From NCBI GenBank assembly GCA_028275745.1, contig JAPWUB010000001.1, positions 38,950 through 102,949 of the forward strand: DNA of 64,000 nucleotides. The letters are read 5' to 3'. This document shows, piece after piece, positions 37,339 through 46,865 of this stretch. A program made the position numbers and the translations under genes. This DNA is from Desulfurococcales archaeon. GTDB taxonomy: Archaea; Thermoproteota; Thermoprotei_A; Sulfolobales; Ignisphaeraceae. Every line of letters begins with the position of its first letter. Within the stretch, counting starts at the first letter, position 1. Under the pieces are notes generated by a model. It made no database searches. It was not told the origin of the DNA and saw only the letters and a list, made by a program, of their open reading frames with translations.

Positions 37339-37818
37339 TTTTATTTTCTCAATGCAATACTTAATCTTTATCCAGGTATTATGAAGATCCTCAGGTATCA
37401 CCTTAGCTCCCGCAATAACAGGCATGAAATTGGTATCGCCATTCCATCGAGGAACTATGTGCACATGCAGATGGGATTCTATACCTGCTCCAGCGGCTCG
37501 ACCTATATTTACACCTATATTGATACCATCAGGCTTGTAGCACTCCCTAATAGCCTTAACTATTAAGGTTACAGTTTTTGATAGATCTAGAAGCTCTTCG
37601 TCAGATAAAAGCTCTATTGATGGTACATGCCTTATAGGAGCAACCATTACATGACCACTATTGTAAGGATACTTATTAAGCATGGCAATACTATAACGAG
37701 ATCTATAAACAACAAATTGATTTTCATCAGTATTTTTAACAGCTTTGCAGAAGATGCACTCTTCGACATGAGGATTCTTTAAATATGACTCTCTCCAGGG
37801 TGCCCACAGCACCTTCAT
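37330..37818 (-). CDS. HIT-family nucleotide hydrolase
   Basis: LWAPWR, CIFC, LNKYPYNSGHVMV, histidine triad HLHVHIVPRW. Confidence 0.95.
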   Translation of the reverse strand: MKVLWAPWRESYLKNPHVEECIFCKAVKNTDENQFVVYRSRYSIAMLNKYPYNSGHVMVAPIRHVPSIELLSDEELLDLSKTVTLIVKAIRECYKPDGINIGVNIGRAAGAGIESHLHVHIVPRWNGDTNFMPVIAGAKVIPEDLHNTWIKIKYCIEKIKSG

Positions 37819-37952
37819 GGATGTAGCACCAGTATATACCATTCTACTCTTTGTCCATATTTTCAGGCTTTATACTTTTAATCTAAGCCCCTATTAAGTC
37901 TCTATTATAGTTATCAGATGCAATATACTTTATTTGCTTTATTGTACTTAGC

Positions 37953-38744
37953 TCAAGCACAATAAGGCATGAGCATCATGTATACAGCTACGTATACAAA
38001 TAAGGCTATAGAAAAAAATGTTATCATTGGAAGACCCCACGAAGCAACTATTATCATATCCTTAGGAAGGGTCTGCAACTTCTTTTTCCACTCTTCATCA
38101 TCCTCATAAATGTTAAAAGAAAGCCTATCAATAAGTCCTGGTATGTATATAGGATAATAGAATTTCTTACTCATATAATCTTCAACGGTCATAACTCTAT
38201 AAAACAACAATACAAGTGTCTTTTTCGTTTTAGGAAGCTTTAATAATGATATGTACCTTACATTGCTTACAAAATTAAGTATCATTAGCAATACCAGTGT
38301 AAGTGAATAAATAATCAATATGTGGAGAAGTGGTGGAAGAATAAAGAATAGGTAAGCTATTTTGCTGAAATAAGCGTAGGCATTAATGTAAGGTAAAAAT
38401 CTGTTGAAAGGGTAAAGAACATAAAGCGTTAGTGTGGCAAAGAAGTCTGCCCCACCCATCAATTTTAAGACAAAAACAATTATTCCTACGATTATCACAA
38501 TCAATGTAGATAACAGTATTTGCAGAATTACGAGATTTATTATCATGTTAAGAGCACTTGCATATGCTATGTAATAAGTAATATCCGTTGCAAAACCTAT
38601 TAATATTGGTGGAATCCACAATTTTACAGGAATTTCCCTATACCTCCAATCTAAAAATGCAGCAATGGCAAATACTACTACTGCTACTATTGCATTAATA
38701 ATCTCTATTGGTTGCAAAATGTTGCAATACATTGATGCACACAT
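37953..38744 (-). CDS. prepilin/preflagellin peptidase (A24, PibD/FlaK-like)
   Basis: AFLDWRYREIP first Asp, MGGAD second Asp, multiple TM helices, C-terminal SWGLPMITF. Confidence 0.85.
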   Translation of the reverse strand: MCASMYCNILQPIEIINAIVAVVVFAIAAFLDWRYREIPVKLWIPPILIGFATDITYYIAYASALNMIINLVILQILLSTLIVIIVGIIVFVLKLMGGADFFATLTLYVLYPFNRFLPYINAYAYFSKIAYLFFILPPLLHILIIYSLTLVLLMILNFVSNVRYISLLKLPKTKKTLVLLFYRVMTVEDYMSKKFYYPIYIPGLIDRLSFNIYEDDEEWKKKLQTLPKDMIIVASWGLPMITFFSIALFVYVAVYMMLMPYCA

Positions 38745-38801
38745 AATGTTAAGTGATTTAAGGGATCTAGATAGGCTTCATAATGTAATACTTTGCATTT
38801 G

Positions 38802-39767
38802 TTACTCAGGATCCCTTATTCCAACGTCAGTAATTACAAAGACTGCTTCGCTTTCTGGTAAGTGTGGTGCATCAACAATTCTAGCAATTCTTCTATTGCC
38901 TCTACTCTTTTTCAGTTGCACTCTTATGCCTGGTGCATGGTGTAAGACGTGTCCTCCTATAGGCATTGTTGGATCGCCGTAAAATACGTCAGGTCTTGCC
39001 ATAACCTGATTGGTTACCACAACAGCGACATTATAAAGCTCTGCTAATGATATTAATTGATGGAGGTGCCTGTTCAGTTTTTGCTGTCTTGCCGCCAAGT
39101 TCTCTCTACCAGGATACTCAGCTCTAAAGTGTCCTGTCACTGAGTCCACTACAACAAGTCCTATATTTTCTTTCGGTATAAGATCTTTAAGTTCTTCAAC
39201 AACTGCCATCTGATGATCGCTGTTTATAGCTCTAACGTAGAATATGTTCTCCATGACCTTGTCTGGCTCAAGCCCTACGCCCCTAGCCATCGCTTCAATT
39301 CTTTCCCATCTAAAAGTCCCTTCAGTGTCTATATACACAGCCTTTTTACCTAAACCTCCTTTCTCTGGAGGTAACTGAACGTTAACTGCAAGCTGATGGC
39401 AAAGCTGTGTTTTGCCACTACCAAACTCCCCAAAGAACTCTGTCACAGTTTTTACCTCTACTCCCCCTCCAAGCAAACTATCTAAATTCCTACTTCCTGT
39501 TGTTATCTTTGGCAAACTAGCTCTCTCTTTCTTCAGCTCTAATGCTGTCTTAAACCCTAAGCCAAGTGCAGCTCTTGCTTGTGCTACAAGCTTCTGAAGT
39601 GTTGGAAGAGGAATTGCCAGGTTCTGGCTAAGTTCATAAGGATTTGCTGCTGCCAGTGCTTCAATTGTTGTTATACCCACCTCTTGCAATTTCTTGAGTA
39701 TTGTAGACGAAATACCTAATTCCTCTAAGCTCTTGATTTTCTTCTCTTGTTCACTCATCAGTTTCAC
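38802..39767 (-). CDS. radA: DNA repair and recombination protein RadA
   Basis: HhH N-domain, [43 protein letters not shown]. Confidence 0.98.
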   Translation of the reverse strand: MKLMSEQEKKIKSLEELGISSTILKKLQEVGITTIEALAAANPYELSQNLAIPLPTLQKLVAQARAALGLGFKTALELKKERASLPKITTGSRNLDSLLGGGVEVKTVTEFFGEFGSGKTQLCHQLAVNVQLPPEKGGLGKKAVYIDTEGTFRWERIEAMARGVGLEPDKVMENIFYVRAINSDHQMAVVEELKDLIPKENIGLVVVDSVTGHFRAEYPGRENLAARQQKLNRHLHQLISLAELYNVAVVVTNQVMARPDVFYGDPTMPIGGHVLHHAPGIRVQLKKSRGNRRIARIVDAPHLPESEAVFVITDVGIRDPE

Positions 39768-40004
39768 CTACTTGTTACCACACTACATTTGTTCTCTAAG
39801 AGTTAATATATCGTTGTACTGCTTACTGAAACTTTCGCTGTGCAGCAATACTATGAAAGAAGCACTAGTTTTATCAAAATCTTTGGTAAAAGCATTTAAA
39901 CACTTTCCAAGTTTAACTGGTGGTTTGAGGAAAAGAGTTATTTTGTGTACAAAAACAAAGTAAAGGTACGAAATGTGGTAAAGCAGTTGATGGTGGGCTA
40001 GTTA

Positions 40005-41867
40005 ATGAGGCTTCTATTAATTCATGCGAATGAGTTTTGGTATAAGGTGCGGGAAAGAGCTGTCGATGAAGCAGACGAAGTTACTGCTGACAATGCTGAG
40101 AAATCCTTTAAAAATGTTCTTGTTGTTTTTACAACAGTTGAAGAAGCAGATGAGCAAAACGTTGATGAAGTAGTGAGAAACGCTGTTGATGAAGTAGTAC
40201 AGGTATTTAGGAATGTGAATGCTAAATATGTTCTTGTTTATCCATATGCGCATCTTTCGTCATCATTAGCTCATCCTAAAGCTGCAATGGGTATTCTTGA
40301 AAAGTTTAGACAAGAACTTGCTAAAGTATTGGGCGAGAACATTGTTTATAGAGCTCCTTTTGGATGGTATAAAGAATTCAAGCTTCATTGCTTTGGACAT
40401 CCATTAAGTGAGTTATCTAAGCAAATTACAGCTACAAGTAAGGCAAGAGGTAGAATTATTGAAAAGAAATACTTCATACTAACGCCTGATGGCAAACTTG
40501 TGAAACCAGAAGAATACAACTATACTGATGAGGAGTTTAGAGTTCTCGTAGAGAAGGAGGTGTTTAAGAAGGAGCTTGAAGGAGGGCAGGGCAGAGTTTA
40601 CCAATATTTAAGAAAATTTGGGTTTGAGTGGGAAGAGCTATCAGATAAAGGACACATGAGGTATGAGCCTCACGCTACAGTAATGTTGGAAGCGGTTACA
40701 CAGTATTCGTGGCGCGTTGCAAGCTCGCTTGGCATTCCTGTATTTAGAGTGAGAGGCACCAATATGTTTAACCTTAAAGCAGAGCCCATAAGGCGTCATG
40801 CCGAGTTATTTGGGGAAAGAATGTATGAGGTTAGAATGGATGAGGACAAGTTCATATTACGCTTTGCAGCATGTTACCAGCAGTTCGCAATACTTAAGGA
40901 CTGGGTTCTAAGCTATAAGGATTTGCCACTTGGAATGTTTGAAGTCGCAGATAGTTATAGATATGAGCAAAGCGGCGAACTTGTGCTGGGGTTTAGGTTA
41001 AGGAAATTCTTTATGCCAGATCTTCACATACTCACTAGAGACTTGGAAGAAGCAAAAAAGATTGCTTTGAAAGTAAGGGAGAAGATTGTTGAAGAAGCAA
41101 AGAAAGTGGGGCGCGAATACCTGGCAATATATAACGTAACTGAGGATTTCTTGAATACACACTTTGATTATATAGTGGAGCTCGTAAAACAGGAAGGCAG
41201 GCCAGTTCTACTAACAGTTTACCCTGCAGGAATATACTACTGGGTGATAAATGTAGAGTACATTATAGTTGACGAGCTCAGAAGGCCGCGAGAAATTGCG
41301 ACGTGGCAAATTGATGTGGGTAATGCAATGAGATTTGGGATAAAGTATGTTGATGAAAACGGCTCTGAAAAATATCCTGTGATAATACATACAGCAATTA
41401 CAGGCTCTATTGAGAGATACATATACATGGTTTTCGATACAATAGCACAGAACGAGAAAAATGGCATTCCACCATCGTTACCTCTATGGCTTTCACCAAT
41501 ACAGGTTAGGATTATTCCAGTATCCCCAGAGCACTTAGACTATGCTTTAAAGGTTGCTCAAGCATTAATTGAGAAAGGTTTTAGGGTTGACGTTGATGAT
41601 CGTAATGAGAGTTTAGGCAAAAAGATTAGGGATGCAGGTGTAGAGTGGATACCATACGTAGTTGTTGTCGGCGAACGTGAAGTTAAAACAAACACAATTA
41701 ATGTGAGGATTCGAAGGGAAGGAGTGCAGAAATCTATGACCATAAACGAGTTTATAGAACTCTTAGAGAAAGAAATGCAAGGATATCCAAAGGTCGACTC
41801 AGCACTACCACTGCTTGTGAGCAAGAGACCTACATTGCCCTATCTTCGTCAATTAGCAGAGTCTTAA
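40005..41867 (+). CDS. thrS: threonine--tRNA ligase (archaeal editing domain plus catalytic domain)
   Basis: MRLLLIH, YPYAHLSS, APFGWYK, GHPLSELS editing domain; LRFAAC, SYRYEQSGEL..RLRKF.MPDLH, IIHTA..GSIER, PLWLSPIQVR. Confidence 0.96.
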   Translation: MRLLLIHANEFWYKVRERAVDEADEVTADNAEKSFKNVLVVFTTVEEADEQNVDEVVRNAVDEVVQVFRNVNAKYVLVYPYAHLSSSLAHPKAAMGILEKFRQELAKVLGENIVYRAPFGWYKEFKLHCFGHPLSELSKQITATSKARGRIIEKKYFILTPDGKLVKPEEYNYTDEEFRVLVEKEVFKKELEGGQGRVYQYLRKFGFEWEELSDKGHMRYEPHATVMLEAVTQYSWRVASSLGIPVFRVRGTNMFNLKAEPIRRHAELFGERMYEVRMDEDKFILRFAACYQQFAILKDWVLSYKDLPLGMFEVADSYRYEQSGELVLGFRLRKFFMPDLHILTRDLEEAKKIALKVREKIVEEAKKVGREYLAIYNVTEDFLNTHFDYIVELVKQEGRPVLLTVYPAGIYYWVINVEYIIVDELRRPREIATWQIDVGNAMRFGIKYVDENGSEKYPVIIHTAITGSIERYIYMVFDTIAQNEKNGIPPSLPLWLSPIQVRIIPVSPEHLDYALKVAQALIEKGFRVDVDDRNESLGKKIRDAGVEWIPYVVVVGEREVKTNTINVRIRREGVQKSMTINEFIELLEKEMQGYPKVDSALPLLVSKRPTLPYLRQLAES

Positions 41868-41885
41868 TAGATTCAGAGCCTTAAG

Positions 41886-41936
41886 GTGATGATCTGTCGC
41901 CCATTCTGATCTTATGATGATATGAACCTCCTCTGA
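41886..41936 (+). ncRNA. box C/D methylation-guide sRNA
   Basis: C GTGATGA 41886-41892, guide TCTGTCGCCCATT, D' CTGA 41906-41909, C' ATGATGA 41914-41920, guide TATGAACCTCCT, D CTGA 41933-41936. Confidence 0.9.
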
Positions 41937-41956
41937 TCTTATAGGTATGAGAGACA

Positions 41957-42970
41957 ATGATTGTTGTTAAGGTTCCTTTAAAAATAACGCTTTTTGGAGA
42001 GTATGCTGTAGTATTCAGGAAGCCTGCTATTGCAGCAACGTTACCCGTGTACATGTCATTCAAAGTTACACCAAACAATGACGGATTATTGCATATAAAG
42101 TCCTCAACTCTCTTAGGAAAACTTTACATGGTATCAATAGATAGAACATCATTAAAAGTTATCAATAGTTATGTGGAGGAGGCAGAGGTTTTAAAGTTTC
42201 TACGATACGTATTGAAAGCATTAGAGCTATGTGAAGCCGAGATCAGGCCAGGCTCTAAAAAAGGGCTCTATATAGAGATGGAAAGCCCTGTTCCAGCAGG
42301 TGTGGGGTTAGGCAGTTCAGCAGCAGTATCTGTAGCTACGGTATCAGCATGCCTGGCAACGTACACTAGTAGTACAGAAGTTGATAGGAACCTTATAGCA
42401 AGGATTGCTTGGAGAACAGAACAGGAAGTACAAGGAGCTGCAAGTCCTATGGATACGTACACAATAACATTTGGTGGTCTTAGATACATAGAACCTTCAG
42501 TTCCTTTTGCTGAGGAGATCAAAACACAGCAAAAACTTCCAGTTCTAGTAGGGTATGTGCCAAAGAAAGCGACAACAGCTGAGCTAGTAAATGATGTTAA
42601 AAGAAAGGGAGCAATAGTTCCTGAAATATTTAATGCTATTATGGATACCATAGGGCTCATAGTAAATAATGCAAAGCAAGCAATATTAAAAAATGATTTA
42701 GAAATGCTCGGCATCTTAATGAATATGAATCACGGGCTTCTTGAAGCATTAAATGTTGTTTCAGTTGAACACAGTATGATTGTTAAAGCACTTAGGGCTG
42801 TAGGTGCATTAGGTGCAAAAACCTCTGGTGCTGGTGGGGGTGGTGCTTTTGTGGCTCTGGCAAGGAGTCATTTTGAGATACCAATGCTAAGCAAAGTGGC
42901 AGAGGCTTTTAATGCAAAGATAATCGCATCTGAAATAGGATCTTCAGGTGTAATGATAGCAATCAGCTGA
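41957..42970 (+). CDS. mvk: mevalonate kinase
   Basis: PLKITLFGEYAVV, GHMP motif PAGVGLGSSAA, ASPMDT, KTSGAGGGG. Confidence 0.9.
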   Translation: MIVVKVPLKITLFGEYAVVFRKPAIAATLPVYMSFKVTPNNDGLLHIKSSTLLGKLYMVSIDRTSLKVINSYVEEAEVLKFLRYVLKALELCEAEIRPGSKKGLYIEMESPVPAGVGLGSSAAVSVATVSACLATYTSSTEVDRNLIARIAWRTEQEVQGAASPMDTYTITFGGLRYIEPSVPFAEEIKTQQKLPVLVGYVPKKATTAELVNDVKRKGAIVPEIFNAIMDTIGLIVNNAKQAILKNDLEMLGILMNMNHGLLEALNVVSVEHSMIVKALRAVGALGAKTSGAGGGGAFVALARSHFEIPMLSKVAEAFNAKIIASEIGSSGVMIAIS

Positions 42971-42971
42971 A

Positions 42972-43682
42972 GTGATTAAAATAATGTCCTACATTCTGTT
43001 ATCGGATGCTATAGAGCATCTATTTAAGTTCAAGAAGCTAGAGCAGTTTATCTTAAATACGTTAAAGCCTCGCGATAAGCAGGCGTTAGTCAGGATTGTA
43101 GAGGAAGGGATAAAGAGAGGGTGCTTAAGGATTGAAGGAACAGAAATCATACTTCAAGATCCTGTAGAATTACTGATACTTCTAGAAGAGATGCTTATAC
43201 AAGTGAATTATGAACAGCTTGCGAGGTATATAGAGTGGAGCTCTTTTGAGAAATACATTGCAGAAAAATTAAGGCTGTTTGGTCTAGACTATGCATCAGG
43301 ATACAAACATGATAGAATTTCAAAGTTTCAAATAGACGTACTAGCTCTAGATTCTGTACGAAAAATAGGTTTTGTTATTGAGTGCAAGCACTGGAAAAGA
43401 AGTATAAAGGAATCGCAACTATACCAGATTGTGACGGAGCACCTACAAAGAGTTGAAAAACTTTTAAAAAACTGTGAGTGGGTAGCTTCAAGCATTCCGC
43501 TTCTTCGTAAGGTTAAGTACATAGTCCCAGCAATTCTGACGCTTTATGAATCAGAGATCAAAATTGTTATGAACGTCCCCATAATCTCCTTAAGAACCTT
43601 TACAGAGTTTTTCTCAAACATTGATGTATATTTAGACCTTTTAAATGCTATGAAGTATGAAAACAGATGCTTTAGTGAATGA
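42972..43682 (+). CDS. PD-(D/E)xK (Mrr/NERD-like) nuclease-domain protein
   Basis: WSSFEKYIAE..G, FQIDVLA, VIECKHW. Confidence 0.75.
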   Translation: MIKIMSYILLSDAIEHLFKFKKLEQFILNTLKPRDKQALVRIVEEGIKRGCLRIEGTEIILQDPVELLILLEEMLIQVNYEQLARYIEWSSFEKYIAEKLRLFGLDYASGYKHDRISKFQIDVLALDSVRKIGFVIECKHWKRSIKESQLYQIVTEHLQRVEKLLKNCEWVASSIPLLRKVKYIVPAILTLYESEIKIVMNVPIISLRTFTEFFSNIDVYLDLLNAMKYENRCFSE

Positions 43683-43692
43683 AAAGGCACCA

Positions 43693-44595
43693 CTACTTAT
43701 AGAATATTATGGATGCGTAACCCACAACAATGTCTTCCTCTCCTGTAACCTCGGCTGAGTTATAGTACTTCAGAAGCTTTGCTCTTCCATTAACAAGACG
43801 AGTATACTCCATAGCTATGGCTATTGCACCAAAGCCACATACAGTTCCATTATATTTCCTTATAAGTGAAAGGAATTTTCGAGTATCAAGTTCTACAATT
43901 GCATTTATATACTCCAGGTCAAGCTTCTTCACATTAGCTGCAATATTTGATGTGAATAGTATGTAATCGTATACATAGCCGTGATGAGTAAAGTCGGAAG
44001 ATGCTATGATTATCACATCTTTATTTAAGGATGTAGATACAGAGTGAATGGCTCTAGCAAATTCTGTTGCCTCTCTTTCGTCAACAGTCTTTACAACTAT
44101 AGGGACAATTTTTATCTGATTACCATATACATACTGTAGGAAAGGTAATTGCACCTCTATCGAATGTTCTCTTATGTGTGCAAGTGCATCATCATCCAAA
44201 ATGGGGTACTCCTTCTTTAACCTATCTATGAATTCTAGATCCACTCCTATGCTACCTAATGGCGTTGCCCACTCTTTAAAGTATGTCGAAGTAGTTATAT
44301 TTCCTCCGAAACCTGTATGGTTCGTACCTATAATAACAACAGTTTCGACTTTAGGTTTATTCTCTGCAATCTCCTTGTAAAGCCAAGCTGCGCAAGCACC
44401 AGAATAGCTATAACCTGCGTGAGGTGCTATACCCCCTATTACTTGGATTGATGGTACCTTCTTTTTTGGTACATCGCCAGGTCCAAACTTAGTATCCTTA
44501 AATGCTTTTTCAAGTTCTCTTAGAAGTTCATCTCGTTTAAATGGGTAAAACCCCCACAGCGCTGCTTGTGGTTCTCGAACAGTTGTGTTGCTCAT
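43693..44595 (-). CDS. MEMO1-family protein (AmmeMemoRadiSam protein B)
   Basis: APHAGYSYSG, GTNHTG, REHSIEVQLPFLQ, ASSDFTH, TVCG, VVGYAS. Confidence 0.94.
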   Translation of the reverse strand: MSNTTVREPQAALWGFYPFKRDELLRELEKAFKDTKFGPGDVPKKKVPSIQVIGGIAPHAGYSYSGACAAWLYKEIAENKPKVETVVIIGTNHTGFGGNITTSTYFKEWATPLGSIGVDLEFIDRLKKEYPILDDDALAHIREHSIEVQLPFLQYVYGNQIKIVPIVVKTVDEREATEFARAIHSVSTSLNKDVIIIASSDFTHHGYVYDYILFTSNIAANVKKLDLEYINAIVELDTRKFLSLIRKYNGTVCGFGAIAIAMEYTRLVNGRAKLLKYYNSAEVTGEEDIVVGYASIIFYK

Positions 44596-44621
44596 CTCTA
44601 CTCGCCTCTATAACCCTTTAT

Positions 44622-45440
44622 TTAAAGTGTGGCAAGTATATTTAAATCCTCTTCTTTCAAGCACAGCTTAGTTGCTTCAGTGTCTTCAACTACATGAGCT
44701 ATGTTCTCGCTCTTTGTTAATGCAACTACATTAGGTCTTGAAGCTAGATATGATAGAGCTACTTGTGCAGGCGTTGCATTATACTTGCCCGCAATTTGAA
44801 GTATCGTAGGATGTTTTAACACATTGCCACGTTCAAGAGCTGTGCATGCTAATATCGTTATTCTATTCTCAGATGTAAACGGAATTAAATCTTTCTCAAT
44901 CCTTCTATTTAATACGTTATACCTGCTTTGCACCATACTTATTTCATACTTACGCAAAAAACTCATAATCGATACTATATCCTTTAACTTAAAGTCGCCT
45001 AACCCAATATATCTTGCAAGTTCTTTATCAACAATAGCTTCCAAAACCTTTGCCAGCGTTTCTAGAGATGTAAACTCAGGGTACCCCGCAGGCATTATGA
45101 CGTCAACATATGTTACACCCATTCGTCGTAGCCTTTGCTCCACTTTAAATATAGATGATTGCGGATCGGTTAGCAAGGTAGGATCAGCTCTAAATACTAT
45201 AAAAACTTCCTCTCTCTTCACCTTGCTAATAACTCTTCTAATAAGATCCATCGCTAATCCATATGCGTAAAGATCAGATACTTCTATTAGACTTGCACCA
45301 AGCTCTATAGCCTTTAATAACGCTCTTTCAGCACTAACAAAATCCTTGATATTATATGTTCCGAAGCCTATAGATGGAATCTTCTCTCCAGTTTTTCCTA
45401 GAACTTTTTTCTCTGAGCAAGTTTGATTCTGGTGCAACAT
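44622..45440 (-). CDS. aldo/keto reductase-fold protein (degenerate active site)
   Basis: LGKTGEKIPSIGFGTY, RYIGLGDF, QSRYN, TPAQVALSYL, KSENIAHV. Confidence 0.85.
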   Translation of the reverse strand: MLHQNQTCSEKKVLGKTGEKIPSIGFGTYNIKDFVSAERALLKAIELGASLIEVSDLYAYGLAMDLIRRVISKVKREEVFIVFRADPTLLTDPQSSIFKVEQRLRRMGVTYVDVIMPAGYPEFTSLETLAKVLEAIVDKELARYIGLGDFKLKDIVSIMSFLRKYEISMVQSRYNVLNRRIEKDLIPFTSENRITILACTALERGNVLKHPTILQIAGKYNATPAQVALSYLASRPNVVALTKSENIAHVVEDTEATKLCLKEEDLNILATL

Positions 45441-45502
45441 GTTTTATCACCAGTTATGAACTATGAATTGCAGTTTGGTGATTAACATCTTCTAAAATTA
45501 CA

Positions 45503-45754
45503 TTATCCTCCTAAAGCGAGTGGATAAATCTCTATTTGATTGCAATCTCTAGGAATTGGGTCATCTAAATAAAGCATGGTGTTATTGCAAACAACTAGGA
45601 TTTCTGAAACATCAATATCAAACTTTATTTTTGTAGCCAGTAAGTTGATAATTCTTCTAATGCTATCCCCTTCACCAGCTTCAATTTCTACTACATCTCT
45701 TGTTATTCCTCTAAATCCCTTAATCCTAATTGTAATTTTCTTACCTTGGCTCAT
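45503..45754 (-). CDS. ThiS/MoaD/Urm1-like ubiquitin-like protein
   Basis: 83 aa beta-grasp pattern ending IEIYPLALGG. Confidence 0.85.
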   Translation of the reverse strand: MSQGKKITIRIKGFRGITRDVVEIEAGEGDSIRRIINLLATKIKFDIDVSEILVVCNNTMLYLDDPIPRDCNQIEIYPLALGG

Positions 45755-45776
45755 AACATCTCAACGCTGTTTTCCC

Positions 45777-46676
45777 TTAATGTATAATACTATTCAAAAA
45801 TTGGTTAACTAAATTAATAATATCGTTGTAGCTCAGCCTACGCGGATTATCGACTAAGGGTTTTGCATTTTTCAATAAGATCCACACGTTATGATCATCT
45901 TTAGAATTCAATAACGGGAGTAGAGTCTTCTCATGTTTGTTAAGGTGTGATTCACTAAGCTTAGCGATGTCAATGGCTGCAATGAAGCTTACTTTTAAGT
46001 TCTTTGATGTGTGGAGTGAAAGGATATAGTTATATACTTCACTGTCTTGAAGCTCCTCTAAGTCTACAGCAATAACTATATTCGTTGTCTCGCTCAGCAT
46101 CATATCAACTACTTTCCTGGGTATTCTATGCAAATTCTTTATGTAGATAATAATCAGGCTTTCTTTGCAGGCATCAGCAATGTAGTCGTAAGCCTCAGCA
46201 ATGAACATGTCTTTATAACCATACTTCAACACGCCATTTTCATCAACTATCTTGTGAAGCGATGTTTCAGAAACTACCAAAGCTTGTGGCTTTTCTTTAC
46301 AATATGATGATAGAATGTTGTGCTCAAGAAATATAAATATTGAGATCTTACCAGGTTGCTCAATTATTGGCTTATCTAAGAAATATGTATTTTCGCCTAG
46401 CTCAAAGAAGCTTGGAATAATAAATGCTTTACAAAGGCTTTTCCATTCATCAAAGCTATAAGTATACGTGTTGTTAAGTACATCCTCAGCTAAGTCAAGC
46501 CTTAGTACAACTCGATTTTTCTCCTGACTTAGTATTCCATGGTATCTTTTTAATGTATCGATGTAAAACTGAGTTATGTTATCTGTAGATGGGCATGTAA
46601 AGGTCAGTTTAGGGCTTCTTGAAATACTCATTGAAACATGTTCCAGCATTCCTACATATATTATGTTGCTTATCAT
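45777..46676 (-). CDS. hypothetical protein, possible highly diverged MetE-like (cobalamin-independent methionine synthase) barrel
   Basis: 299-aa ORF; weak resemblance of ENTYFLDKPII, LVVSETSL, IAVDL, IAAIDI and PLVDNPRRLSY to MetE-barrel motifs. Confidence 0.45.
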   Translation of the reverse strand: MISNIIYVGMLEHVSMSISRSPKLTFTCPSTDNITQFYIDTLKRYHGILSQEKNRVVLRLDLAEDVLNNTYTYSFDEWKSLCKAFIIPSFFELGENTYFLDKPIIEQPGKISIFIFLEHNILSSYCKEKPQALVVSETSLHKIVDENGVLKYGYKDMFIAEAYDYIADACKESLIIIYIKNLHRIPRKVVDMMLSETTNIVIAVDLEELQDSEVYNYILSLHTSKNLKVSFIAAIDIAKLSESHLNKHEKTLLPLLNSKDDHNVWILLKNAKPLVDNPRRLSYNDIINLVNQFLNSIIH

Positions 46677-46802
46677 TGATCTGCACCCTATAATAATTTA
46701 GTTTTCAAGGCTTGCTACATAAGGCAACTTAAAGGTCTAAGAGTTAGAAGAAAAGTTATTTTAGCCTTTTTATCACTATTGAACTAGGTAGTGATTGAAA
46801 AC

Positions 46803-46859
46803 ATGATGATGCGCTAACCGCTGAAGTATGATTTATGTGATGAGTTTGAACCTCACTGA
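46803..46859 (+). ncRNA. box C/D methylation-guide sRNA (probably tRNA-targeting)
   Basis: C ATGATGA 46803-46809, guide TGCGCTAACCG, D' CTGA 46821-46824, C' GTGATGA 46837-46843, guide GTTTGAACCTCA, D CTGA 46856-46859. Confidence 0.88.
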
Positions 46860-46865
46860 AAATAC

